From contig CATNEN010000002.1 of the NCBI GenBank assembly GCA_950097015.1, forward strand, positions 3,658,001 to 3,722,000: a stretch of DNA of 64,000 nucleotides, written 5' to 3'. Both the position numbers and the translations under genes were made by a program. The DNA is from Macrostomum hystrix. Taxonomy: Eukaryota; Animalia; Platyhelminthes. The notes beneath the pieces are model-generated. The model was not told the origin of the DNA, made no database searches, and was given only the letters and a program-made list of their open reading frames with translations. Each line of letters begins with the position of its first letter. Positions within the stretch are counted from its first letter, which is position 1. Shown one piece after another: positions 34,997 to 46,301 of this stretch.

Positions 34997-37900
34997 TCAA
35001 TATTGCTGCTGCTGCTGCTGCTGTTGCTGAACGAACGTCGGCATTGTGGTATATTGCGGCAGGCAGAAATTATTTTTCTGCTGCTCTAAGAAGCCATTAT
35101 TTGGAGCATGTTGTTGCTGCTGCTGCTGCGAGTAGTCAGTAGCAGCTTCTGCTGTCTCCGTCGGCTGTAGCGGCGGAGGCGGCTGCCAGTTGTTTTTGCA
35201 GTCGGCCTCTTCGGGCGGCTCGGCCCAGTCTTGCTTCTCGCCAGACGCGAAAATGCCATAGAAGATGACGCCAACGAAGTGGATTAGTGAGGCTATGAGG
35301 AACACTTTGGACCAGGACTGTTGCCTCTGGAAGGCCGGGAAATCGGCATTTCGGGTGACAGAACAAAACAGAGAAATTACAGAATTCTAAATCAGTTAAT
35401 TGGGAATTCACCTCGGAAAGTCAGAAAAAAATTCCGGAATTCAGGAATCGGAAAGCACTCTCACATGATCTCTAACTAAGTTGACAGTCACCACAGGTAC
35501 TAGCATGCCGGAGAAAGTACCTATGCCATTGGACAGACCCATCAGTATGCTGGCGTAGCGCGGCGCAATGTCCAGGTGATTGACGTTGTAGCCTGAAAAA
35601 AAAAGTCATCTCGAATTATTTTTGGCTTTAAAAATTCAACTGATTCAATGTTTAAAATGTTATAAGCTGAATTGTTTTCTTCAGATCCCATCTCCTCAAA
35701 ATCCTCAGATCCCATCTCCTCAAAATCCTCAGATCTCAGCTCAAAAAAATCCTCAGATCCCATCTCATTAAAAGCCTAAGATCCATCTCTTAAAAATCCT
35801 CAGATCCCATCTCATAAAATCCTCAAATCCCATCTCATAAAAGTCCTCAGATCCACTCTTAAAAATCCTCAGATCCCATCTCATAAAATCCTCAAATCCC
35901 ATCTCATAAAAGTCCTCAGATCCCATCTCAAAAAAATCCTCAGATCCCATCTCCTAAAATCCTCACATCCCATCTCGTAAAAATCCTCAGATCCATCCCG
36001 TAAAAAATCAGATCCCATCTCCTAAAATCCTCAGATTCCATCTCATAAAAATCCTCAGATCCCATCTCATAAAATTCTCAGATCCCATCTCATAAAATCC
36101 TCAGATCCCATCTCATAAAAATCCTCAGATCCCATCTCATAAAATCCTCAGATCCCATCTCATAAAATCGTCAGATCCCATCTCATAAAATCCTCAGATC
36201 CCATCTCCTAAAATCCTCACATCCCATCTCGTAAAAATCCTCAGATCCATCCCGTAAAAAATCAGATCCCATCTCCTAAAATCCTCAGATTCCATCTCAT
36301 AAAAATCCTCAGATCCCATCTCATAAAATTCTCAGATCCCATCTCATAAAATCCTCAGATCCCATCTCATAAAAATCCTCAGATCCCATCTCATAAAATC
36401 CTCAGATCCCATCTCATAAAATCCTCAGATCCCATCTCATAAAATCCTCAGATCCCATCTCATAAAATCCTCAGATCCCATCTCATAAAATCCTCAGATC
36501 CCATCTCAAAAATCCTCAGATCCCATCTCATAAAATCCTCAGATCCCATCTCATAAAAATCCTCAGATCCCATCCCGGAATAGTTCTCTTGTCCGATAGA
36601 AAACTGCAGATCCCAATAGAAGGCCTCAAATCCCATGAAGAAATCCTCAGCTGCCATCCAACTCACCGGAGATGGCGAAGCCGCTGAAGCTAACGGCGAT
36701 GGTCAGGCAGACGATGGCGGTGGTTGAGTCGGTTGAGTAGCCAACAACGAGTAGAAATACTGCCTCCATACCGAATCCTGTTTGACAAGAAAGCAGATTG
36801 TGAATTATTTTATATATTTCACATTATCTTTTCCTATTCGATCTTGTCGTTCAGATCCACTCGACCAATCACAGTTGAGCAAGTGTCTCTCGTTCAGATC
36901 CACTCGACCAATCACAGTTGAGCAAGTGTCTCTCGTTCAGATCCACTCGACCAATCACAGTTGAGCAAGTGTCTCTCGTTCAGATCCACTCGACCAATCA
37001 CAGTTGAGCAAGTGTCTCTCGTTCAGATCCACTCGACCAATCACAGTTAAGCAAGCGTCTCGCGTTCAGATCCACTCGACCAATCACAGTTGAGCAAGCG
37101 TCTCGCGTTCAGATCCACTCGACCAATCACAGTTGAGCAAGCGTCTCGCGTTCAGATCCCAGTTGAGCAAGTGTCTCTCGTTCAGATCCACTCGACCAAT
37201 CACAGTTGAGCAAGCGTCTCGCGTTCAGATCCCAGTTGAGCAAGTGTCTCTCGTTCAGATCCACTCGACCAATCACAGTTGAGCTAGCGTCTCGCGTTCA
37301 GATCCCAGTTGAGCAAGTGTCTCTCGTTCAGATCCACTCGACCAATCACAGTTGAGCAAGTGTCTCTCGTTCAGATCCACTCAACCAATCACAGTTGAGC
37401 AAGTGTCTCTCGTTCAGACCCACTCGACCAATCACAGTTGAGCAAGTGTCTCTCGTTCAGACCCACTCGACCAATCACAGTTGAGCTAGCGTCTCTCGTT
37501 CAGACCCACTCGACCTATCACAGTTGAGCAAGCGCCTCTCGTCCACATCTATGATTTTTTAATCAGATCACCTAATGACAATCTCTCTACTCATAATCTC
37601 ATCTTCCCCTCAAGTTCACTAAATTCACAATCTCAAGATTTAGTTAAAATTGTCATTCTAAATGTGAATAAATTTGTTTTTTACTTCTAAAAATACGAGA
37701 TTTCGGTAGATATTTTAAAGCCATTGGTTAGGCAGACATGGGGTATGAGTTAGCTCACTAAAAAAACGTTTGAGCTGAAATATTCATTCCATTAAAATAA
37801 TGTACATAGCTTTGCTCATTCTTTAGTGTTTCAGTATAAAAGTCAGCTTTGAATAATAAAAAACTAAATTATGGACCATAACCAGGGGAGTGTGGATCTG

Positions 37901-38578
37901 GGATACAGCTAGGATGGGACCTTTACTCCCTTCCCACTGATCTAGAACTGCATCTATTTTTTGGGATTAAAAAGAGACACACACACACAAGCCTATTTGA
38001 GCAAACACTGCTCACAGTCGACCATTGTTTTACCAGTCTGCTGCTTTTTCTAAAGGATTCGCAACGGGATTGACTGGGGGGGACCGCTCTGATGGGATTT
38101 TGTTTCGCATCAGCAGCTGCCATCATGCTGGGACGCGTAGGTTGGGAGTGGGAGTATATGGACTGTCATTGTAATCCAGGCTATAGAGATTAGCCCAGCT
38201 ACTTGGTGGGATGATGCTAGCATCCATTTACGGAACTATTGACATCGGGGACTGCATTAAGAGACACTGGCGCGAGAGAGTTAGAGGGCAGGAGGTTCGG
38301 GGTGCAAGTCAATTTGTTTGATGGTTCCATTAAAATCTAGACCGATTCTGTCCACCGTTCAGTTCTAAATCGTGTACAGTCAGACAGTTTTCACGCTTCC
38401 TAGTTTTCTAGTTCTGATCTGTTTTGGGCCAAATTGATGGCTTCCATTAGTAGCTGCTCAGAACCATTTAGTGGCGTCAGAAGAGTTTAAGTGTATATCA
38501 AGATCATCGAGAAGCATTATCGGTAAAAGTATAGTTCTGTTGAAGAATAAAAAGGTAGTTTCGATAAATATTGAAATT

Positions 38579-38620
<42 letters not shown>

Positions 38621-41600
38621 TCTCTACCTCCACAGTTGAAGATCTTTCGCACAACGGTTGTTGTCAGGAGCTTCTTGCGCAGTCGATCAGCAAGTTGACC
38701 TCCCAGGGGCACAATTATCGCCATGATCAGATGGGGCAGAGCAGAGAAGAAGCCACTCTGAAAAATTGATTTGTGGTTGCAATACAAAGGAGTGACGCTT
38801 GTTCAACTGCGATTGGTCGAGTGGAACTGAACGAGAGGTGCTTGTTTAACTGTGACTGTGATTGGCTGATGGAATCTGAACGAGAGACTCTTTCTCAACG
38901 GTGATTGGTCGAGTGGATCTGAATGAGAGACACTTGCTCAACTGTGATTGGTCGAGTGGATCTGAACGAAAGCCGATGGTTAATTGGTATGCTGTCTAGG
39001 CAGACTCACCTTGGTCATGTCGTACTTGAAAACGTCCCTAAAGTACTTGGTTTGCTCAGTAATAAGCAGGTAGAATGACCAGCTGCGAGCAAAGTTGGCG
39101 ACAATAATCGCGTACACAGGCATGGAGGTGAAAAACTTGGCCCACGGAATTTTCATGTTCTAAAATTTGTAAAAAAAATGATCAAAATTATCTCGTCATA
39201 AAATGGATCTAGACATTTAAAGATCCATTGTTTAAATGTGGTCAGAAGAGGCGAACCTTGTCCAGGTGGTGAGCGGGGTTCTCTCCGATAGAGGACTCAA
39301 TGTACAGTCGCTCCTCTTCCGTGATGGTCGGATGTAGGCAGGGCATCTCGTAGGCGTTGAACCACCAGACGCTGAACCAGAGAATACCGGCAACACCTGC
39401 AGGTGCAGCGGATTCTTCCTAAGTTATAGTCACTGAGGAAGCTTTCATGTTTTTTCTTTTCGTTGCTCAAAACTGACAGTCGATATCTTTTTTCTGTCAT
39501 CGGGTTTCTGGCACAATGGCACAAGGGGTCATCGGGTTTGTCTCTAAAGTGAAGTCATTTTTAAAGATTGCCAAACTGCTCATTAGCTTTCGAAGTCTTC
39601 ATCAGTCTTATGATAGTCTATAGACTAAAAATTTGGTCATTCTAGAGCCAAACTGGTAATTTAGGAAGCTTGTAAACTGGTTCATTGCCCCAGAGTTGCT
39701 ATTGCATTCTGATCATTGAACAGCTCACCATAACAGTAGAAGGGCGCTGGCCAGCCCAGCCAATCGCTGAGCAGTCCCGACAAGAACAGGCCGAGAACAG
39801 CGCCGGCGTAGGAGCCGCAGAAGGCCATTGTGGCCAGTCGAGACCGCTCAAGAGGCGGCGCCCAGTAACGCCAGATGCCGTGACAGGCTGGATAAGTGCA
39901 GCCCTGTTGATTCAGAATTTTGTGGCTTTAAAAGTTGCTAAACTTAGGAAAAAATGCATTTTGTCATTTCAGACCTCAACGAGTCCTTGCAGCACCCGGA
40001 TGAAGATCACCAGGATGAAGCTGACGTGGCAGGCGGTGGGTAGGAACAAGTTCAAGAAAGCCGAGCCTAAAATTGCCAGACCGAAGATTCTTGTGGCGGG
40101 AAATTTGTTGGCAATGACGCCTCCTGGTATCTGGGTGATCAGGTAGCCCCAGAAAAATGAGCTTTCGACTGCGCCGACAACGGAGGGCGACCACTGCAGT
40201 TCGCGTTCCTGTCAACAATGGGAAATTTAAAGTATGCGATTCGTTTTCATAAAACTGACTCTGACGAGAGGATCTAAAAATAGAAACAATGACGTCATAA
40301 CAAAGTTTTCTAAAAATAGGACGACTTGCTAGCAACTTGGCTTGAATTATTTTGTGGTACTATAAATAAAATGTGTGAAGTATTTTTAACGACCGTTTTG
40401 TACAGCACACAGACCAAAAATGGTGAAAACCTATATGCACGGATGTTAAAAGGAGCACTCCATTATGCGCCACTTTCAGTGGCTCTGGCTCTGGGAGAGG
40501 TGATGCTAAAAATAGAAACAATAATGACGTCATCGCTAAGTTTTGTTTGTAGTATCGCTTAGCATTCCATAATGGCTTGTGTAAGAATAGGTAATTTTCA
40601 TGTGCCATAATTTTGACCGAGTTTAAAAGTACAAAATTATTTAGCATCTGACAGCACAGTGAAAAGCAGAAAATGTCTGCATGAAACAAAAAAGAACTGA
40701 TAGAATGTTTGTTTTAGCATTTTCGTTTTGGCAAAAAATCAAAGCTCAATGATACGTGTTAAAAATTCGAATTTTATTTTAACACTTTACGAAAATTTTC
40801 GTCCGAAAGCTTGACTGAGTGAAAGTAGCACGAAACGACACCAATAATGAACTTACTTTGTCGTGCAGTAACATTTGACTTGCAAACCGGGTTACGTCAA
40901 TCCGATCCAGTAATTTCGTCTATTTTTTTCGGTTTAACTTACTTTTGCGCCAAAATTAAAGCTCGGAAATTTTCTATATTAATTCCGAGTAAAAGTGAGA
41001 TCCCCGCGGTGCTGCTTCAGACATTAATCGATTAATCTGCTGTACAGCACCGAGACTTGGACGCTGATGGACTCAAGCCGTTGCAATGTGTATTGAGGTG
41101 TCAGAAAGTGGCACCAGGATGTTTAAAGTGCTCACCACTCTACTTGTGACATTGTTGAATTTGTACTTCAGGTAGTGGTCATGGTAAGGCGTCATTGCTC
41201 CTGGCGTATTATCCGACTCATTGTACAGACTACGGAAATAGCCCGTGGCGACACCTGCGTTGCAGCGAATGCCGAAGCTGATCATGAAGCCGATTGAGCA
41301 GAGCACAGAGGTCAGGTAGCGCTTGGAGCAACGGGCACACGGACAGCGATTGCAGCATGCGGCGGCCACGCCAGATGTGTAAAATATCCCATGAGCTCGT
41401 TTACTACCGTTGGGATCATCTGTCTCGTCAAGCTCATTGTAGTTGTTGCCGAAGCTGTTGTCATAGTCGTTGGCCGCATCGCTGCCTTTCACGAGCTTGC
41501 TGTGTTAATTAGGTGTTAATTAGGTGTTAATTAGAATTAGGATATCATCCGGAAAGAGTATTATCAGGAATATTGTTGCCATCTTGTTGCTTAGCAACTC

Positions 41601-44600
41601 ATTATTATTATCAATTGATAACCCATCAGAGAAATATTTTAAAAAATCAAAGAAAAATTCAGACACGCTTAGGCAGTGCTGGCATGCAACCTATCAAAAA
41701 AATAAATTTAATTAAAAGCCACGCCTGATTAGAACTGCAATCATCATTAAACCGAAAAAAATGAATCGATTTTTTGTCTGTCATTCCACATTCTGACTCT
41801 CAGTGTATAGGAATAGTTCGGCGAGAATGACTTTCTATTTGGAATCAAAATTAATAATTAATCTGATGCAATCGTGCAACTGAAGTAGGAGATTGAATCA
41901 ATTATTTAATATCGTTACTCGTTACCGCTGCCTATGTCTCTGCTAAGATCAATTTAATCAATTTTTCTATAGTTCTCAGTCGATTTTCAATTCTCAACGG
42001 CAGGTTGAAATCAAACAGGTGGGTGACATTGCATTAAGATGGTGGCACTTGACAAAAAGACACGCGTCGGATAGCAATGTCACAGACGAATTATACCCAG
42101 CTTATTTGTCTATCTATTGTTACTATAGCTCTTGTGTAGAAGCGATATTATATTTTTTATGCAGGATTACACTGAGCTCAGCCAGCCAGTTCATAGCAAT
42201 GCTGGCTTGGCTAGGTAAAGCTCATCTGAATTGCCCAAGGTCTGACTTAATGAATTTTTTATTACTGCAGTAGGTGGTATTGGTAGTTGGCAGACTGTGT
42301 GAGTCTGAGAGATCATTGGGGGCAGGGTTGAGGAGGGATGTGGCAGTCACTGAGAGGTCAGTGAATGGGAACAGTCATTTATGATTCCCGCTGTTCGCTG
42401 TTTCCGAAATGCGGTTGTGGCATTGGACGCGATATTTTTTGACAAAAAGAATTATTCCTCTATTTTTCTGCTATTGATTGTCTTGAGAAGCAAAACTCAC
42501 TGAATAGACAAGATTTGAATGCTTGGTTTAACAAAATGAATTCATAAACGATTTTCAATAGGAATAACAGATGAAGCATGCGGGAATGCACCTTCAATAT
42601 TGAATTAGTTAATCTGCATTTTTGACATTTTTAGAGACATATTTATTCCCCATAGCAACACCTGAAGACTTTGGCAATTAGATAAAATCCATCTAGAGAA
42701 AGTGAGAGAGATGGCGACAGAGAGGGTGAGAGAATGAGAGAGGGTGAGAGAGAGGGTGAGAGAGAGGGTGAGAGAGAGGGTGAGAGAGAGGGTGAGAGAG
42801 AGGGTGAGAGAGAGGGTGAGAGAGAGGGTGAGAGAGAGGGTGAGAGAGGGTGAGAGAGAATGAGAGAGAGGGTGAGAGTGAAAGGGTGAGAGAGAGGGTG
42901 AGAGTGAAAGGGTGAGAGAAGGTGAGAGAAGGTGAAAGAGAGGGTGAGAGAGGGTGAGAGAGAGGGTGATAGAAAGTGAGAGAAGGTGAGAGAGAGGGTG
43001 AGAGAGGGTGAGAGAAGAGGAGAGAGGGTGATAGAGGGTGAGAGAGGGTGATAGAGAGGGTGATAGAGAGGGTAAGAGAGGGTGATAGAGAGGGTGAGAG
43101 AGGGTGAGAGAGGGTGATAGAAAGGATGATAGAGAGGGTGATAGAGAGAGAGGGAGAGAGAGGGTGAGAGAGGGTGATAGAGAGGGTGATAGAGAGAGAG
43201 GGAGAGAGAGGGTGAGAGAGGGTGATAGAGAGGGTGATAGAGAGGGTAAGAGAGGGTGATAGAGAGGGTGAGAGAGGGTGAGAGAGGGTGATAGAGAGGA
43301 TGATGGAGAGGGTGATAGAGAGAGAGAGGGAGAGAGAGGGTGATAGAGAGGGTGATAGAGAGGGTAAGAGAGGGTGATAGAGAGGGTGAGAGAGAGGGTG
43401 ATAGAAAGTGAGAGAAGGTGAGAGAGAGGGTGAGAGAGGGTGAGAGAAGAGGAGAGAGGGTGATAGAGGGTGAGAGAGGGTGATAGAGAGGGTGATAGAG
43501 AGGGTAAGAGAGGGTGATAGAGAGGGTGAGAGAGGGTGAGAGAGGGTGATAGAAAGGATGATAGAGAGGGTGATAGAGAGAGAGGGAGAGAGAGGGTGAG
43601 AGAGGGTGATAGAGAGGGTGATAGAGAGAGAGGGAGAGAGAGGGTGAGAGAGGGTGATAGAGAGGGTGATAGAGAGGGTAAGAGAGGGTGATAGAGAGGG
43701 TGAGAGAGGGTGAGAGAGGGTGATAGAGAGGATGATGGAGAGGGTGATAGAGAGAGAGAGGGAGAGAGAGGGTGATAGAGAGGGTGATAGAGAGGGTAAG
43801 AGAGGGTGATAGAGAGGGTGAGAGAGAGGGTGATAGAAAGTGAGAGAAGGTGAGAGAGAGGGTGAGAGAGGGTGAGAGAAGAGGAGAGAGGGTGATAGAG
43901 GGTGAGAGAGGGTGATAGAGAGGGTGATAGAGAGGGTAAGAGAGGGTGATAGAGAGGGTGAGAGAGGGTGAGAGAGGGTGATAGAAAGGATGATAGAGAG
44001 GGTGATAGAGAGAGAGGGAGAGAGAGGGTGAGAGAGGGTGATAGAGAGGGTGATAGAGAGGGTAAGAGAGGGTGATAGAGAGGGTGAGAGAGGGTGAGAG
44101 AGGGTGATAGAGAGGATGATGGAGAGGGTGATAGAGAGAGAGAGGGAGAGAGAGGGTGATAGAGAGGGTGATAGAGAGGGTAAGAGAGGGTGATAGAGAG
44201 GGTGAGAGAGGGTGATAGAGAGGGTGATAGAGAGGGTAAGAGAGGGTGATAGAGAGGGTGAGAGAGGGTGAGAGAGGGTGAGAGAGGGTGATAGAGAGGG
44301 TGATAGAGAGGGTGATAGAGAGGGTAAGAGAGGGTGAGAGAGGGTGAGAGAGGGTGATAGAGAGGGTGAGAGAGGGTGATAGAGAGGGTGAGAGAAGAGG
44401 AGGGAGGGTAAGAAAGGGTGATAGAGAGGGTGAGAGAGAGGGGGTGAGGAGCAATCTGAAGGCCAGAGAGGCAACTGCAGCTGTGGCAGCAGTCAGTGAG
44501 ATAAGCTGACCTCATATAGTTCTCCGTTACTATATGGCAGCAGTCAGTGAGATTGCGAGTGCGAGAAACTGTGAAATACGAACACTCAGTGTGTGACATC

Positions 44601-45685
44601 ACTTCAGCAATTTAATAATTTTACGGCTTTGCTGTGCTCTTACGACAAGTTGTAAATTAGTCCTGGTAAAAGTCTGGTTGTTTTATCTGTGTCTGGCATT
44701 CGATATATCTTGATTAAGCTCATGGACTAAAAAACTTGTGTATGAGATAATTTTGCACTTCCTTGTACTTGCAACATTATTTTGATGTATTTATCAGTCA
44801 GTCAGTCAGTCAGTCAGTCAGTCAGTCAGTCAGTCAGTCAGTGAGTCAGTGAGTCAGTCAGTCAGTCAGTCAGTCAGTCAGTCAGTCAGTCAGTCAGTCA
44901 GTGAGTCAGTGAGTCAGTGAGTCAGTCAGTCAGTCAGTCAGTCAGTCAGTCAGTCAGTCAGTCAGTCAGTCAGTCAGTCAGTGAGTCAGTCAGTCAGTCA
45001 GTCAGTCAGTCAGTGAGTCAGTCAGTCAGTGAGTCAGTCAGTCAGTCAGTCAGTCAGTCAGTCAGTCAGTGAGTCAGTCAGTCAGTCAGTCAGTCAGTCA
45101 GTCAGTCAGTCAGTCAGTCAGTCAGTCAGTCAGTCAGTCAGTCAGTCAGCTCAGTCAGTCAGTCAGTCAGTCAGTCAGTCAGTCAGTCAGTCAGTCAGTC
45201 AGTCAGTCAGTCAGTGAGTCAGTCAGTCAGTCAGTGAGTCAGTCAGTCAGTCAGTGAGTCAGTCAGTCAGTCAGTGAGTCAGTCAGTCAGTCAGTGAGTC
45301 AGTCAGTCAGTCAGTCAGTCAGTGAGTCAGTCAGTCAGTCAGTGAGTCAGTCAGTCAGTCAGTGAGTCAGTCAGTCAGTCAGTCAGTCAGTCAGTGAGTC
45401 AGTCAGTCAGTCAGTCAGTCAGTCAGTCAGTCAGTCAGTCAGTCAGTGAGTCAGTGAGTCAGTGAGTCAGTCAGTCAGTCAGTCAGTCAGTCAGTCAGTC
45501 AGTGAGTCAGTCAGTCAGTCAGTCAGTGAGTCAGTCAGTCAGTCAGTCAGTCAGTCAGTGAGTCAGTCAGTCAGTCAGTCAGTCAGTCAGTCAGCTCAGT
45601 CAGCTCACCTTCGTAGAGCAGCGAAGGAGTTCTTTGCTTGGTCTCGCCACCCAGGCTCTAAGATCTGGTCCTTCAGGTTGTCCAT
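34997..45685 (-). CDS. VGLUT: Vesicular glutamate transporter (VGLUT/eat-4-like) paralogue B, 10 exons, about 612 aa
   Basis: Exons 45685-45609, 41499-41136, 40208-39975, 39903-39729, 39396-39257, 39159-39010, 38757-38628, 36777-36667, 35592-35465 and 35326-34997. The N-terminus [12 protein letters not shown] resembles vertebrate VGLUT2 MESVKQRILAPG. Motifs [26 protein letters not shown]. Confidence 0.94.
35680..36575. repeat. Minisatellite of about 23 bp in intron 8 of paralogue B
   Basis: CAGATCCCATCTCATAAAATCCT, with an internal block duplication. Confidence 0.92.
36845..37540. repeat. 43-bp minisatellite in intron 7 of paralogue B
   Basis: CGTTCAGATCCACTCGACCAATCACAGTTGAGCAAGTGTCTCT. 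Confidence 0.93.
38578..38619. repeat. (GATA)n microsatellite next to the exon 7 donor
   Basis: ATAGATAGATAG... run. Confidence 0.9.
38800..38970. repeat. Inverted copies of the 43-bp minisatellite in intron 6 of paralogue B
   Basis: 38926-38968 is the exact reverse complement of the unit at 36845-37540. Confidence 0.9.
42715..44455. repeat. GA-rich satellite with 432-bp higher-order repeats
   Basis: (GAGAGAGGGTGA/TA)n; landmark AGAAAGTG at 42971, 43403 and 43835. Confidence 0.92.
44795..45605. repeat. (CAGT)n microsatellite abutting the exon 1 donor of paralogue B
   Basis: About 800 bp of CAGT with GAGT variants. Confidence 0.96.
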
Positions 45686-46243
45686 TCGCAGTTAGGGTGC
45701 AGCAGTTTGTTAGACTTCTGTTTGGGGAGTAAAATTTGTTCCTAAAACAGAAGCGACAGACAGGTGACAAGCCAAGGTATTTATCAGTGCCTCCCACAGG
45801 GTGAGCCAATGGCATTCAGCCTGGTAGCTAGTGCCGCTCCGCTTAAAAATTCAGATTTTTTGTAAAGAGCTCATGCGCAAAGGCAAATACGTTAATGTTT
45901 TATCTTTTTAACGGAATGACGCAGTGCATAGAAGTGAAGAAAGTAGAAATTAACGGAAGTTTAAAACAAGAACAAGACTTTCCGAACCCTGCACGATTCT
46001 ACAAAACGCAATCGTAGCATTTAAAGAAATATAAATCAAACAACTAAATGTCCGTATATTACTACTTAAAACCAAAAATGTATAATCTTAATTTCTGTGA
46101 TTTTATATTAAATTTGTTTTTGGTTTCAACATAAATTGAATTAACAATCAAACTTAAATTTGTGTCTCTTTTTTTGCATCATAACGATTTCTCGAAACAC
46201 TAGATTCGTTGCATGATGATGAAACTTTTAGAACCAAAGTTTG

Positions 46244-46267
46244 TCATTGTCTTCGATCTAGAGACGA

Positions 46268-46301
<34 letters not shown>

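Noticed and set aside
37923-38330. Nested gene or TE fragment in VGLUT-B intron 7
   Set aside because: Only short ORFs with no recognisable motifs or consistent splice structure.
42605-44602. Long ORFs (593-665 aa) over the GA satellite, and similar ORFs at 9314-10161, 13942-15633, 20414-21429, 50254-51510 and 57792-59290
   Set aside because: They are stop-free translations of tandem repeats, often open in several frames, and several lie within introns of real genes.
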